Source: Takakia lepidozioides
Lineage: Eukaryota > Plantae > Bryophyta
Length of the DNA stretch: 64,000 nt
Assembly: GCA_030704615.1 (NCBI GenBank)
Contig: CM060731.1
Location: 52,204,001 to 52,268,000 of the forward strand
Reading direction: 5' to 3'
How positions within the stretch are numbered: the first letter of the stretch is position 1; every line of letters starts with the position of its first letter. Below, piece by piece: positions 51,401-64,000 of the stretch. Position numbers and translations under genes: made by a program. The notes under the pieces were generated by a model. It did not search any database. It had not been told where the DNA came from and was given only the letters and a program-made list of their open reading frames with translations.

Positions 51401-53572
51401 GGGAAACATTATCATGCGGTTTCCGTGAAGCCAGTGGATCCGCCACTACAGTCCAGCCTCTGTCTCTTAGACTGGGGTTGCACTGCCAGTCCACCCTCAC
51501 TGTGTGAAGAGCCTTGCTCTTCAATTGCAGTGGTTTCTGTTTCAAACACTTCCATCTCCTTTCTCTCCCGAGTATCAAGTATGCAAGAATCAAGAATTAT
51601 TTGAGCAATGATTGGACTGGACACAATGATGGAAGACTTAGCAGCAGTGCCCTGTAACCTCTTCATCTCGTCCACCAATCCGTTGTACATTAACTCTGCC
51701 CAAGCGACATCCTCTCCCCTCAAAGCTTTCAGGATCTCATCTGTGAATGACATGCTCAAATACTGTTGGTTCTGTTTCATGGCAAACAGAACGTTCAAGA
51801 TTTGGCCAACCTCCCTAAGCCCTGGGTACTCGGCTTTGGTACAAGCAAAACCTTGAGTTTTAAATAAACTCCCTTCTTGGAACAAATTCCCTATCTGCAA
51901 TCTTGCCTTGTGCTCATCCACCTCCACATGTCCTGATGGCAAATCAAACAGTTGCTGCAGGTACTTGGGAGTAATTTCTATATCTACTCCCCTCACCTGA
52001 GTAACTCCTGTCCGAGGCTCAAAGTTTTGGAGAAATTGTATCATGAACTGCCGATGATGCAAGGACCAGTCTTTGCGTAGCAATCCCTCCAATCGCAGCT
52101 CCCTCAGTAGTTGCACCGCCTGTGGTGCAGCGATCGTTTGCTTCTGTAAGATTGTGGTGCTTTTCACCCTGATATCTTCCATTCCTCTCACTCTCTTCAT
52201 TCTGGACAAATAGACAGGTTTTGGTTGCAACAACTGAAGAAACGCCTGCAGGGCACAAAGCATAAAAGTATGGTTGGCGCAGAATGAAATGGGTAAGTGC
52301 TTGTAAGCCTGTGGGGCTTGCAAGTAACGATTTAGAGAAAATGTACTCTTCGTTGTCTGTCCTTGTGCCACTGCGTAAGTAGTAAGGCGAGCGTGTAGTC
52401 TGTTATTTCCGCCATAGCTTCAGAGTTATAGCTTTGATTGTCTCTCCTGACGAGACGCCGTTACTTGGAATGACGCCGACTCTTGCGCTCAAAATCCCTC
52501 CAATTTCTTGATTTCGCTTCTTGGAAATTACCCTCTGCAGGTAATTCTGGCTCATGATTGGCTGTTGGCTGTGTGATTGGTATTGTAATTTAATTCCCTT
52601 CCATGGATTTTCCACTCTGGACTGTCCACTAGGATAGCACATGTGACATGGATTTCGCTTTTCGGTACTTTTAAAGGGTTCCGTTACCCTTTCCCTGTAT
52701 GCATTAATGGGCCCATAATAAGTTAATGTGCCGGGTAGGTACTTTGCCGGCCAATTTTGTCTTCTTCCTTGATGACACTCCCTCTTGCAATCCATGTCCG
52801 GCTGTGTGTCTCACCCTAGCGTCCACGTGTCCATTTCTAAACGTGCCTCCGTCCACTTTTCCGCCGGCCACTCCCCGGATGTTAACCCACGTCCACTTGT
52901 CACTGATCCTATGGATTGTGTAACCCTAGTAGGCTGTGTTGAGCTGTGACAGGCTGTGTCATACTGTGGTACGCTGTGATAGGCTGTGACACACTGTGGT
53001 AGGTTGTGTCACGCTGTGATGGATTGTGATAGGCTGTGTGACACTTGTACTGCCCGCCCTGGTCATATACGCTCGGCCTAGCGACAAGTGCTTCATACTC
53101 TGTTGATATCACTGGCGCAGCCCGTGATTGCTTCTGTGTTTCAACATGCAAATCGTGCTGCAATGGTTTGTCATGGATACCACTGTACCCCTTCAACTTA
53201 TTGGCATTGACTCTTCCAAGCATCTCTTTGTTAATGGTTTGTAACATGGCGGTGTTGTTATCATACATCTTCTGTATGATATAAGGTCCTTTCCATGGTG
53301 ATTTAAGCTTAGAAACTTTAATCTTACCCTTCTTCTGCAACCAGAGAACCAAATCTCCCGTCTTAAAAGTCTTTAACTTGCCTTCATCAAACTGTTCCTT
53401 CCTCTTCATCTGAATTCTGATCATGTTATCAGCTGCATCAGCACGTACTTCTTCCACATGGTATAATTCATGTTTCCTGACCTTAATTGAATCTTGAAAT
53501 TCCATTCTCTTTCCCCATTCCGTTCTCATGGTAGGTAACAGGAATTCCACTGGAAGTACCATAAACTAATTG
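48454..53572 (-). mobile_element. Gypsy family A internal 3' half: integrase C-terminus, accessory ORF, small basic ORF
   Basis: LKSPWKGPY (GPY motif) in ORF 52909-53562; ORFs 51412-52371 and 48787-50967; colinear with 3850-7543. Confidence 0.92.
48787..52202 (-). CDS. 3' accessory ORF of family A (coiled coil plus aromatic-rich C-terminal domain); one frameshift and a possible intron
   Basis: 726 aa open stretch 48787-50967; N-terminal part MKRVRGMEDIRV in 51412-52371. Confidence 0.7.
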
Positions 53573-56500
53573 CAGCGTAGCTACGGCGTGAGCCCAGCCC
53601 CGTGAGCCTGGGAGCTGAGCTCACGTTCAAGCTTTGAAGCGTGAGCTGAGCTCACGCTTCAGGGAAGCGTGAGCGGCATGAATCTGCTGGAGAAGCAGGT
53701 CCTATAGGCGAGGATTGCAGGAAGAGGGCCTATTACCGTGGACAAAACAAAGGAGGCCACCATGCACCATGTCTGCAATGCGTGCCAAAAAAGAGGAATA
53801 TGTAAACATGTCAGATTTGAGCTCAGAATGATTGACACAGTTTATTTCAATTCACAGAGAGACGCTTACAATGAATCGCAAGTGCATTTGCCCTCACAAG
53901 TGAACGAAATGTATATGTTTGTCATAAAATGAAAAGTCTTCACACGGCAACCTGGAAACCAGCATGGGAAGCGGGCATGGCTCGTATGTGTTCAAAGAGA
54001 AGTTGGCGGAGCTCTACGCGAGGTGTCCCGCTGCAGAAGGGTGATGACTTCTCCGTAGCCTAGTGTGGCTTGGTGAATGAATTGGTCTCTCTTACCGTCG
54101 CAACACATAATTACAAGGTATATGTAATATTGATGCTTGCAGGGGACCCACTTCCCTCTCATGCCGAGAGCGCCCTCACGCATCGTTACAAAATCCGGAC
54201 AAGTGCACGATGGGAAATTCCCAATGGTAACTTGATATTCTTTGGCATGAAGAACTGAGCCAATTGACAGCACTGTGTAAATCCGTCCATACCCCGGGGA
54301 AGGGACTTCGGTGATACGAGCCACCGTAGCCTGCAAAATTCTAGCCGATTCCATCTTGCATTCGTGATCTGCACCCGAAGCAACACGGCGCACTGTTTTT
54401 CCATCTCTTTTTGTTGGGTGGGAGTTGGCACCGGGTGGAGGCATTGTCGGAGCATGTGGCACATCTGTGCCGACAGTGCATAAGGGCACCACCCGGGACC
54501 GTGCAAGACAAAACCCTCCCTCCTCCAGCATGCTTATCTCGGTTGAGGACAGCGATGTCCCAATTTGCACAGGCCAAATTGCGGGGGGAGGGGGCTTCAT
54601 TATCACGGAAGGACGAACTGTTCCCTTCACGCATCGTGCCATATCGTCTGGGCAGAACCAAAACTTGTGCTCTTTTGACTCCCCACTATGATAAGGTCGG
54701 AACAACCCTGTGAATGTTGGAGCTGGAGTCCCCCTGGAGCCTTTGCATATTTTTGATTTGCATTTCTTGAAAGAGGGGGTCCGAATTGCCATGCAAGCCA
54801 CTCTAGATCCTGGTGGGGTGCGTTCTATATGCCAGTCACTATCAATGCAATCAGATTCCTGCACCATGGCCACCACCTCCTCCAATGGGATTTCCGCTGC
54901 TATGCTTGCATGTTCCGCACCTGCTCCACAGGAGGAGGACCCACCTGGGAAGGGCCGGCACAGGACTTAGTCTGCACTGGAGACACCTTTGGCACAGAGA
55001 AATTGACCCTGTCTGGCCTATGGGAATCTCCATCTGACCCTGGAAGAGTGTTTAATTTCCTTTTGCATGATCCAAATCTTTCCTCGCCTTCCAAATGGGG
55101 GAGCCTGGATTGCAGAGGGGAACCTTCAGTGCACCTGTTTAGAGCTCTGGCCATCTTTGACGGGTCTCCGGACCTACTCGCAGCCCTTAGCATCAACAAA
55201 GTCGAATCGGGGCCCTTCCCTCCACCCCGTCCCATCAGAAAATTGCGGTACCTGGTTTGTTGTGTAAGTGCCCGCACCATGTCATCAGCAGTGGCCACAT
55301 ACAAGTCACGACCTGCTTTGGTAGACTGTTGCATCCAGGCGTTGTGAACAGTCTCTGCCAAATTACACGATGGCATGTCGGCCAAGTCCTCCAAGGACAT
55401 GTCCTGCAGGAGGCATTGCATGGAAATGTGAGGAAGGAAAAGAAATGGTAGAGGTTATTCAAGTGACAATCGAACAACCCCAAATGAACAGGCACGATGC
55501 AAAGTGCAATTTGTGTTTAAGGAAAACTTGTGAGGCTTACCGTCGTCATGAAAGCTCCCCACTGTCTGTACCTGAAGTGCCAGAAAACCAACCAGTCCTC
55601 CAACTCCTTCAGGTGGATACCTGTAGCAGCACCAGCGGAGAACCACCAAGCCCGGATTGCCTGGTAAGTGCTCTCTGCTTCTCCCATTGAGGTGGCATTC
55701 TTGTACTTCAGACAGAGCCTTCTATGCTCCAACTGAAGGTCAGGGCGAATGCAGCGCTTTGTATGACGTGCCAGAGATTGACTCCAATGGAAGAGGCATG
55801 TGCGCTCCCTATTTTCCATGGGGACCTTAGGATCCCCAGAACCAAACACGCGCCGCACTGCATTGAAATTTTCCTGTGCACTATCAGCCATGAAGCCCGC
55901 AAAGTTTGTGTTCTGTATTCCATTGCGCTGCATGACGGTCAGGAGGGACTTCCACATGAGCATCTGGGATTCAGTGTCCTCCGACTGCATATCACAAATT
56001 GCTATGGAGAGCACACGCTGGTACGCCGGATCATACACATGGCACGCCATGGTTGTCCAACCCTTCACCCGTTTGCAGTGATCAAACATTAACCAACATT
56101 TAGCCAAATCTCCTCCAGGTTGCATTCGGCGGACAATGCTCACACCACTGCCTTGGCCCACAGCGGACATCTTGAACAAATACACTTTGGACGAGCCCTG
56201 GCCAGGGAACATACTGTTTTGAATGAATTCATAGCGACTCCTCCGTTTGAGGTCCATAATGTTGTCCATGAATCCAGCAGTGCCTGTGCCCATTCTGAGT
56301 GCATTCACCTGGTTTCGAATATTGGGAGAGCTCAACACGGAGAAATGGTCCATGACTGCCTCAAGGGAATCTGCATCCAGCATTGGCTGTGTCGAATCCC
56401 CTTCACCCAGTATGTGTTTTTCCAGGAATGCCTTGCTAGCTGCAAGCGCTATAGCAGAAGGTGTTGCAGAAGGGGCATTATGGAACTCTTGCTTCAGTAG

Positions 56501-57039
56501 ATTTCTAGCGATGTCCACGCTATCCCTGCAACTCCCTTTGGACACAGGATGCTCGTGTGCACCCATATGAATGCAGGCACGAGTCATTGTCTTGCATCGA
56601 TGTGCCACCTGATACATACGAGCGTGGCAAACAGAAACACAGGACGGGGAAAGTTTGCAGAACCTGCACACAAAAGTATTGGTATTGGGAGGTGCAAGCC
56701 CTGGGGTGAAAGGATTCAGGGGCACACCTTCCCACTCACTTTCGTTTGGCTGAGCGCTGTTTCTCAGCCGAGGGCAAGAAATATTCAGGCACTTGCAATG
56801 CCCAACGCAAACCGACCTCCGAAATTTCAAGCCAATGTCGTTATGGATGTTCGAAGTTTTTGTCCTGCACCAAGGATGTCCGTCATGTTTCTTGTCCATG
56901 CCCTGCAGAAGCCCAGCCAGTCCACTGGAAGACGTGGGAGGGTTGAGCTCAAACAAGATGTCCCCATCAAACTGAGCTGGCACGTATTGAACACGTTGCA
57001 CTGGAAGGGACTCCCAATCAACAAAACGTAGCTCGCTCT
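53573..57039 (-). mobile_element. Mutator-like DNA transposon, one end plus most of the transposase; inserted in gypsy integrase and itself interrupted by a gypsy LTR
   Basis: Integrase homology stops at 53572; element starts CAGCGTAGCTACGGCGTGAGCCC with GTGAGC/GCTCAC repeats to ~53680. Confidence 0.8.
53992..57039 (-). pseudogene. GCM-like zinc domain + DDE (Mutator-type) + SWIM transposase; intron 55540-55404; frame break near 54900; 5' end displaced by LTR
   Basis: W..TKTSNIHN..RSVCVGHCKC..C..CRFC..C..HEHP (GCM-like); MFDH, FMADSA, TCLFHW (CxxH), CNLAETVHN (E); SCTCPDF..PCKH (SWIM). Confidence 0.82.
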
Positions 57040-58103
57040 TGTTAGAGGACTGTAGGGGACTTAGACACTTATACGGGATCTGTAGGGTACCCTTAATTTT
57101 TGCACAGACTGAGACAAACAGGAACCTTAGGGGTGACAGCAGAGCACTGTAGAAGGGGGTTACACAACCCACACAGCCCACACAGCCGTCACAGCCGTCA
57201 CAGCCCACACAGCCGACACAGCCGACACAGCCCACACAGCCCGACACAGCCGTCACAGCCCACACAGCCCACACAGCCGTCACAGCCAACACAGCCCGTC
57301 ACAGCCGACACAGCCCACACAGCCCACACAGCCCGACACAGCCGTCACAGCCCACACAGCCCACACAGCCGTCACAGCCAACACAGCCCGTCACAGTCGT
57401 CACAGCCCACACAGCCCACACAGCCCGTCACAGTCGTCACAGCAGACACAGCCCACACAGCCAGTCACAGCCCGACACAGCCAAACACAGCCAGTCACCG
57501 CTTGACACAGCTGTCACGATAATAGGGAATGAAGAGTAGGACAGGGAACGACTGTGGGGAACAACACCAGAGAAGGGAACATGTTAGTTCACATACGACG
57601 GTTAGAGAGGGAAACGGTTAGAACCGCGGATAGAAGGATAAAGGGAAGAACGGGGATTATGATGAGATCATTATTCGGGGAGGACTTGGGAGTCAGGCGG
57701 AAGCGGAGATCGGAGAGCACGATGAAGGAGGATTAGTAGATGCTTGTTAGATGCAAAGCCGTAGGGATATTGTAGAGGAGAATAGAGATACAATGGCTTC
57801 GGCCTGATACCTGATAAATCATAATCTGATATTTATACGATACAATCACACTGTGTAGAGAGATCTGAGTGAAGCTGTGGATTGAATGGAGGAGTGAAGG
57901 AAACTAATACGTAATTATCAATGGTAAGGTAGCTAAGATGAATGCGAAAAGGGAAACAAATAGGAAACACCCCCATGATACACTAGCTGTAGGTCATGAC
58001 TGATTGTTCTGCGCGGGCTGAGTACTTAGAGATTTCCAACTCTTCTATCTTGGAGTTTCCGCCTCGGATAGCGAAGGGATGGGTGAGTAAAAGCCGCGCG
58101 ACA
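57040..58103 (+). mobile_element. 5' LTR of gypsy family A (1064 bp) with CACAGCC microsatellite
   Basis: TGTTAGAGG..GCCGCGCGACA, followed by a PBS; (CACAGCC/GTCACAGCC)n 57160-57520. Confidence 0.93.
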
Positions 58104-58105
58104 TT

Positions 58106-58123
58106 TGGCGACCATACTGGGGA
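58106..58123 (+). promoter_or_regulatory. Primer binding site, probably tRNA-Arg
   Basis: TGGCGACCATACTGGGGA two bases after the LTR end; resembles the TGGCGACT..CTGGGGA Arg PBS of Ogre/Tat elements. Confidence 0.75.
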
Positions 58124-58131
58124 ACTGGTAC

Positions 58132-58691
58132 ATGAACAACCAGATGTGACAGGCATCTGGTGGGATCATGGTGGTTGGACCATTAAAGAATTTGAAGTGA
58201 ATCAAATTCCCTGTGAAACGAAGGAAGAAAGATTGTCCAAACAGTTCTTTCAAAGGTTCTTGGAATTGCCAGACGGATGTAAAGAAAATATTCTTAAACG
58301 AGTGCATGATGCTGATCCAGAATGGGGTCTGGAGAAAGGAGTGATAAAGATTTATCAGGTAGCCTGTAGAGGAAGAGCACGTTGGTTACCAACATTGGTT
58401 TATGTGATAGCATTGCTATCCATTAAACGAGTAGAGTTTGAAGGCTGGGAAGAAAGAAAGGTGAATGTTTATACTCATATGCATGAAGAGCTTGTACTGG
58501 TAAAGAATTGGATTCCAAAGGATATTTTGTGGATCAAACTCACACCAAGAACAGCTTTTCAGACTTGTTTGCCATATGGTTATATGGTAACGGAGACTTC
58601 AAGTATAGCCAAGGGTGCATTGAAGCTTGAAAGAAATCCAGGCATATACGAGAGATATTACAGAAGAGAGTTTTGGTTATTGCCACATTAA
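58132..58691 (+). CDS. Extra ORF between PBS and gag, unknown function; start uncertain
   Basis: Open frame 57996-58691 (231 codons, begins inside the LTR), Trp-rich, stops 22 nt before the gag ATG. Confidence 0.5.
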
Positions 58692-58713
58692 AAAGAAATG
58701 AAAGACATGGGAC

Positions 58714-61700
58714 ATGAGTGATGAAAGAGAAGCTAGACGACAAAGATATTCATTAAAAAGGGAAAGCTATCTGAAAGCTAATTATCCATATCTTTGGGAG
58801 AGAGGAATAGACATAGGGGAATCATCTGGACCTCTCACACCATCAAGATCAAAAAGTGCATCACCTATACCGGAAGAACTAGAGTTTGATGCCACTCCTT
58901 CTGTTTCTTTGCAAGAAAGATTAAGGGAATTGGTACAGGAAGAAGATCAATCAAGAGGTGAAAGATCTGAGGTACATCCTTGGATAAAAGATTTGACAGA
59001 AATCTTTGATAAAAGTTGGCATGGAACACCAAAAGCAGGAACTCCAGTTTCTGAAGCAGAAGATGAAGAAGGAGATGAGGATGTGGCAGAGCCAACGGAG
59101 AGTTCAGACTCTCCAACACCATTACAGTTGAGTTACATGAGTGAAGAAGAAACCCAAGGGCAGAACTTGAATGATGAAAACAGAGAGAAGAAATTGGAAG
59201 AGGAAGAATATGAAGAAGTAGACCCAACAGCTGAGGTTGAGACTACAACCAGGACATCCCAACCCGTTAGACCTGGATCAAGTGGAGCACTTGGATCACA
59301 GGCCAACGAAGGTGTCGGCTCAGGGGGATCAGGCGGGCTGCCTGGATCTGGCTCTGGGGGGACAGGGAGTGTGGGAAGTAGTGCAACTGAAGCTGGGAAT
59401 ACTGTGAATATCGTGGGGCCAGAAGCAGGGAGTGCTCAAGGGCCACCACTTGGTGGAAGATCCACCACAAAAACAACAGGTCCAGAAGGACCAGCACCAG
59501 CAAGGGTGCCAGCACCTGTCAGTGGGCAGAAGGTAGGGCCACAGATGGCGTTACAACCAACACGGGCAAAACCACCCTTTCCAATATATTCAGGAAAAGG
59601 GGATCCCGATGTACACATTAGCCAATTTGAGCACATGTGTATAGTGAACAATGAGAATGGCGATGATGCCAAGATGAGACTGTTTCCTTGTTCACTTATC
59701 AAGAAAGCAAGTGAATGGTATGCAAGATTCCCTGATAATCATTTCCTAACCTGGAATGGCTTGAATACAGCATTTCGAAATAGGTTCAGGACAAGTAAAA
59801 CTGAGGATGAAGTGTATGGAAGTTTACAACAGCTGAAGCAGAAGAAGCATGAAACTGTTGAAGAGTATATGGAGAAGATGGAATTGATGATGAAAAAGCT
59901 GGCTGCAGTACCAGCACCCGGTTTACAGAAGACTTGGTTTGTGAGTGGACTAAGACCAGAGTTGCAGAAGAAAGTGGATATGTTACCCCATAATACAGTG
60001 GAGGAGGCATTTGAAACTGCGAACAGAATTGAGCAATTGGGAATGCTCAGGAGAGAGAAAAAGGAAGATGAGGACTCTGAAGATGAGTCAGATGAAGAAG
60101 AAGAGCAAGAACTAAAAAGAAAGAGTAAGAGAAAGGAAAAGTTGAAGAGGGATAACTATGAGAAAAGATTGGAAGAAATCTTGAAGAAGTATGCCACAGA
60201 GGCTGCAACACATTGGAGGAAGGGTGTATGGTGTGCAAAGTGCCAGAATGAAGGCCATACCACTACAGAATGCCACATGAAGGAGAAACACTGTACTATC
60301 TGTAAAATGGATAACCATTCTACTGAGAATTGTTACTACAACAGAAGGACAGCTGCCAGAGAACCTAGGCAAGTGAGGGTGCATCAGGTGCAACCCCAGC
60401 CAAGAAGAAGCAATGATCAGGACCACTATGGTAGGTCTGGTGGTTATAACAATGGCATGGAAGGAAGAGGTAATTCAAGAGGGAATTACCAAGGAAATTC
60501 CAGAGGCAACTATCAGGGTAATCCGAGGGGGAATTACCAGCCCGGGAATCAGGATTATAGAAATAATCCAAGACCAGACCAAGGGCGAGGACCCAATGGT
60601 GAAGAGCTATGTTACTATTGTAATCAGCCAGGACATCGCAAGGCAGCCTGTTCATTCTGGATAAGACACCAGAATGAGATGAGAGCTCCTGTGAATGAGG
60701 GCCCAGTGGTGGCAGCTCACATGGTTAGGCCATGTGTTGTACCAGAAGTAAGTACAATGATAGTAACAAGAAGTAAAGCTAAACTAATACCTCCAGTAGA
60801 AGAGGAAGAAGATGAGACTGGAAGTGGCAATGATATGCCTGAAGATGAAGAGACTTGGAAGGATGAGAAGGAACTGCACAAGGAAGTGGCAGATACTATA
60901 AGGGAAATGCAAAAGAGTACTGATATTCCTGTGGCAGATTCCTCTGATTCGGATGGAGAAAAAGAGGAGAGTGAGGAAGAAAGGAGAAAAGAAGATGCAG
61001 ACATGCAAAGTAATGAAGAGACTTTGGCTGAAGTAATATGTCAGACCAAAGCAGAAATTACCATTGGACAGCTATTAGCTGTGGCACCTTATTGTAGGCA
61101 CAGGCTGTATCAGGCAATCAATCGAATTGCCCAAGAAACAGGAAACACAGACCTGAACAGCAAGGTGACCAGTTATAATGTGAAGCCGGAAGGGCGAGAA
61201 CCAGTCATGGACTTTGATGATTCTATGCCAGTAATCCAATTGAGAATTGGAAGCACAGAACTAACTGATGTACTGATAGATGGTGGTTCTGGAGTAAATA
61301 TCATGACAGACCAATTAAGGAAGAAGCTTGGTCTAAGTAACATGAAACCAGCCCCATTTACAGTAACAATGGCAGATCAAAGAAGTGTACAGCCATTGGG
61401 ATTAATAAGAGGAGTTAAGATACAGATACAGAAAATGATCTTTCTGATCACAGTAACTGTATTAAAAATGGATGAAGTCATGGAGGCTTATTCCTTATTA
61501 TTGGGACGTCCGTGGCTGAAACAGGCCAGGGTATTCCATGACTGGAATTCTCAGTTACTAACTGTGCATAATGGGATGCACGAGATACAAATTACCACAA
61601 AGAAATCTAGTAGATTACCTGCTACAAGAAGACCTCGAGGAGTCAGAGAGTATGACTGGAGGGGAGGACTGGATGAGGAGCAGGAAGCTACCCTATTTGC

Positions 61701-64000
61701 TGCACACCCAGAGTGGGAGCAAGTTGCAGAGATGCGGCTGGAAAGCCTAAGTTGTTTGAGAGGTATCTGCTGTGGTGTAGTGACAGCAACACCAACGGAA
61801 GAAGAAACCAGCATTTACCCATCACATTTCTATGAAGAAAGAGAAGGAGAAATAGAAATCCTAGAAGAACCAGCCACTGTGAGCTTACAGGATGAAGTGG
61901 TGACTGGTTGGACAATCACAGCTGATGAGCAGGTGAGAGAAGTAAATGTGGGAACTCCGGAGGAACCAAGGATGGTGAAAGTAGGAGCTGATTTGGAGCC
62001 GGAATTCTTCGAAGAAGCTAAAAGCTTGTTCATCAAATACAGAGATGTATTTGCTTGGAGCTATGAGGATCTAAAAGGGATACCACCTGAAGTCTGTCAG
62101 CATAAAATTGAACTGGAACCAGGGTCAGTGCCAATCAAGCAGGCGAGGTATAGAATGAATCCCAACTACGCACAGAAGGTTGGAGAAGAGATAAAGAAGT
62201 TGGCTGAGGCTAAGTTTATATACCCAATAGAGTATACAACTTGGTTGTCACCCATTGTTATAGTTCCCAAGAAGAATGGCAAACTAAGAGTATGTGTGAA
62301 CTATAAGAAGCTGAATGCTTGTACGAAGAAAGATCCTTTCCCTTTGCCATTCACAGAAGCAGTATTAGACACTGTGGCAGGCCATGAGATGTACTCATTC
62401 ATGGATGGCTTCAGTGGTTATAATCAAGTGCAAGTGGCAGAAGAAGACCAAGGGAAAACAGCTTTCATCACAGACTGGGGGGCTTATGCATACAAAGTCA
62501 TGCCCTTTGGACTTTGTAATGCACCAGCGACCTTTCAGAGAGTGATAAGTGAATCTTTTCAAGAGTATCTGGATGATTTCATGCAGGTGTTTTGGATGAT
62601 TTCAGTGTGTACAGCTCTAAGAATGAGCACTTGCATAAATTGGAGTTATGCCTGGCCAGATGCAGGATGAGAGGTCTGGGCTTGAATCCAGAGAAGTGTA
62701 CTTTCTGTGTGAACTCAGGGGTGCTTCTGGGACACATAGTGTGTAAGAAGGGACTTCTTGTGGATCCCAGGAAGACAGAGTCCATTAAAGTCTCTCCACC
62801 ACCAGTGAATGTTAAGAGTTTAAGGAGATTCCTTGGGCAAACCAGTTATTACAGAAGATTTGTCAAAAGGTATGCACAAATAGCAGCACCATTGAGCAAG
62901 CTTCTGAAGAAAGATGCAGTGTTTGCATGGACAGCTGAATGTCAACAGGCGTTTGAGGAACTTACACTGTCAGTAACAACTACACCTGTGCTGATTAACC
63001 CTCACTGGCATGTAGTATTTCATGTTCACTGCGATGCATCAGGAGAAGCATGGAGCGGTGTTAGCCCAGAATGTTACAGGGAATATAGATTCACCTGTGT
63101 ACTATGCTAGCCGGTTGATGAACAGTGCTGAGAGGAACTATAGCACAACGGAAAGAGAAGCATTGGCAATGATCTATGCAGTGAAGAAATTCAGGCATTA
63201 CCTATTGGGAAGAAAGTTTATGTTTTATGTGGATCACCAGGCTCTGATATATCTGGTGAACAAACCTTTGATAAGTGGAAGGATAGCGAGGTGGTTAATA
63301 ATCTTGCATGAGTTTGAGTTCGAGGTTATTTACAAGCCTGGCCGTTTGCATCTTGTGGCAGATCATTTGTCACGACTAACAACAGGAGAGGCCGCCACAG
63401 GAGTGGACGATCAGTTACCTGATGCGAGTTTATTTGTAATGGAGGTGCAAGGAAGTGCAGATGAATGGTTAGATTGGCAATGGCCAATCAGATACTACCT
63501 TGCTCATGGTCAGTGCCCACCTAGTTATGGTAAGGAGCAAAGGAAAAGAATTGCTATCAGAGCTTTACCTTATACTATGGTAGGAAGCAGAATGTATAAG
63601 TTAGGACCTGATGGAGTACTAAAACGATGCTTGTACCACCATGAAGTAAATAAAGTCTTGGAGGAAGTTCATAAAGGAGTGGCTGGAGGTCATTTTGGAG
63701 AAGAGACTACCAGTAGAAAGATACTACTCGCAGGATACTGGTGGCCTACGTTGTTCAAAGATGTACATGAGTATTGTCAGAAGTGTGATGAATGTCAGAG
63801 GCTAGGACCTTTGCAGAGATCTGGAAGAATGGCCTTGCATCCTACAATGCCTACGGAACCATTTCAGAAATGGGGACTAGACTTTGTTGGACCAATTAAT
63901 CCACCATCCAAGAATACACGAAACAGGTACATAATTACAGCCACTGATTATACTACAAAGTGGGTGGAAGCTAAAGCTTTGAGGGACAACACAGCCAAGT
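58714..64000 (+). CDS. Ty3/gypsy gag-pol (non-chromovirus, Athila/Tat-like): Gag, 3 zinc knuckles, protease, RT, RNase H, integrase; frameshifts near 62590 and 63050; runs off the right edge
   Basis: RLFPCSL..ASEWY; [42 protein letters not shown]; LIDGGS; [32 protein letters not shown]; HCDAS; [11 protein letters not shown]; GLDFVGP. Confidence 0.95.

Noticed and set aside
57040-57292. Cys/Gly/Val-rich N-terminus of the 591 aa transposase ORF
   Set aside because: Antisense translation of the LTR microsatellite; the transposase is cut at 57039.
62580-63070. Programmed frameshifts in pol
   Set aside because: They fall inside the RT and RNase H catalytic motifs; more likely mutation or sequencing error.

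Overview
Eukaryotic nuclear DNA from a land plant, probably a non-seed plant (inferred from the spliced plastid-targeted genes and the transposon types). Two nested transposon blocks (1-26.5 kb and 44-64 kb) flank a gene island (27-43 kb). The island holds intact-looking folD, two small plastid-protein genes, and broken ASY1/HORMA, RNase Z and RING-H2 remnants. The TE blocks contain four pieces of one Ty3/gypsy family with extra ORFs, a 1.46 kb tandem array of a second element's LTR-end/PBS/gag, a 750 bp TIR insertion and a GCM-DDE-SWIM (Mutator-like) transposase. The main observation is an intron-containing gene with an N-terminal ParB/Srx-like domain (WDGNHRL) and a C-terminal beta-class N4C/N6A DNA methyltransferase-like domain. 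It occurs three times (one full-length but decayed copy, two partial). Shared end motifs, a shared palindrome core upstream of the gene, and linkage to a transposase SWIM remnant suggest it is the accessory gene of a Mutator-like DNA transposon. All assignments come from reading motifs by eye; no searches were run, and novelty is untested.
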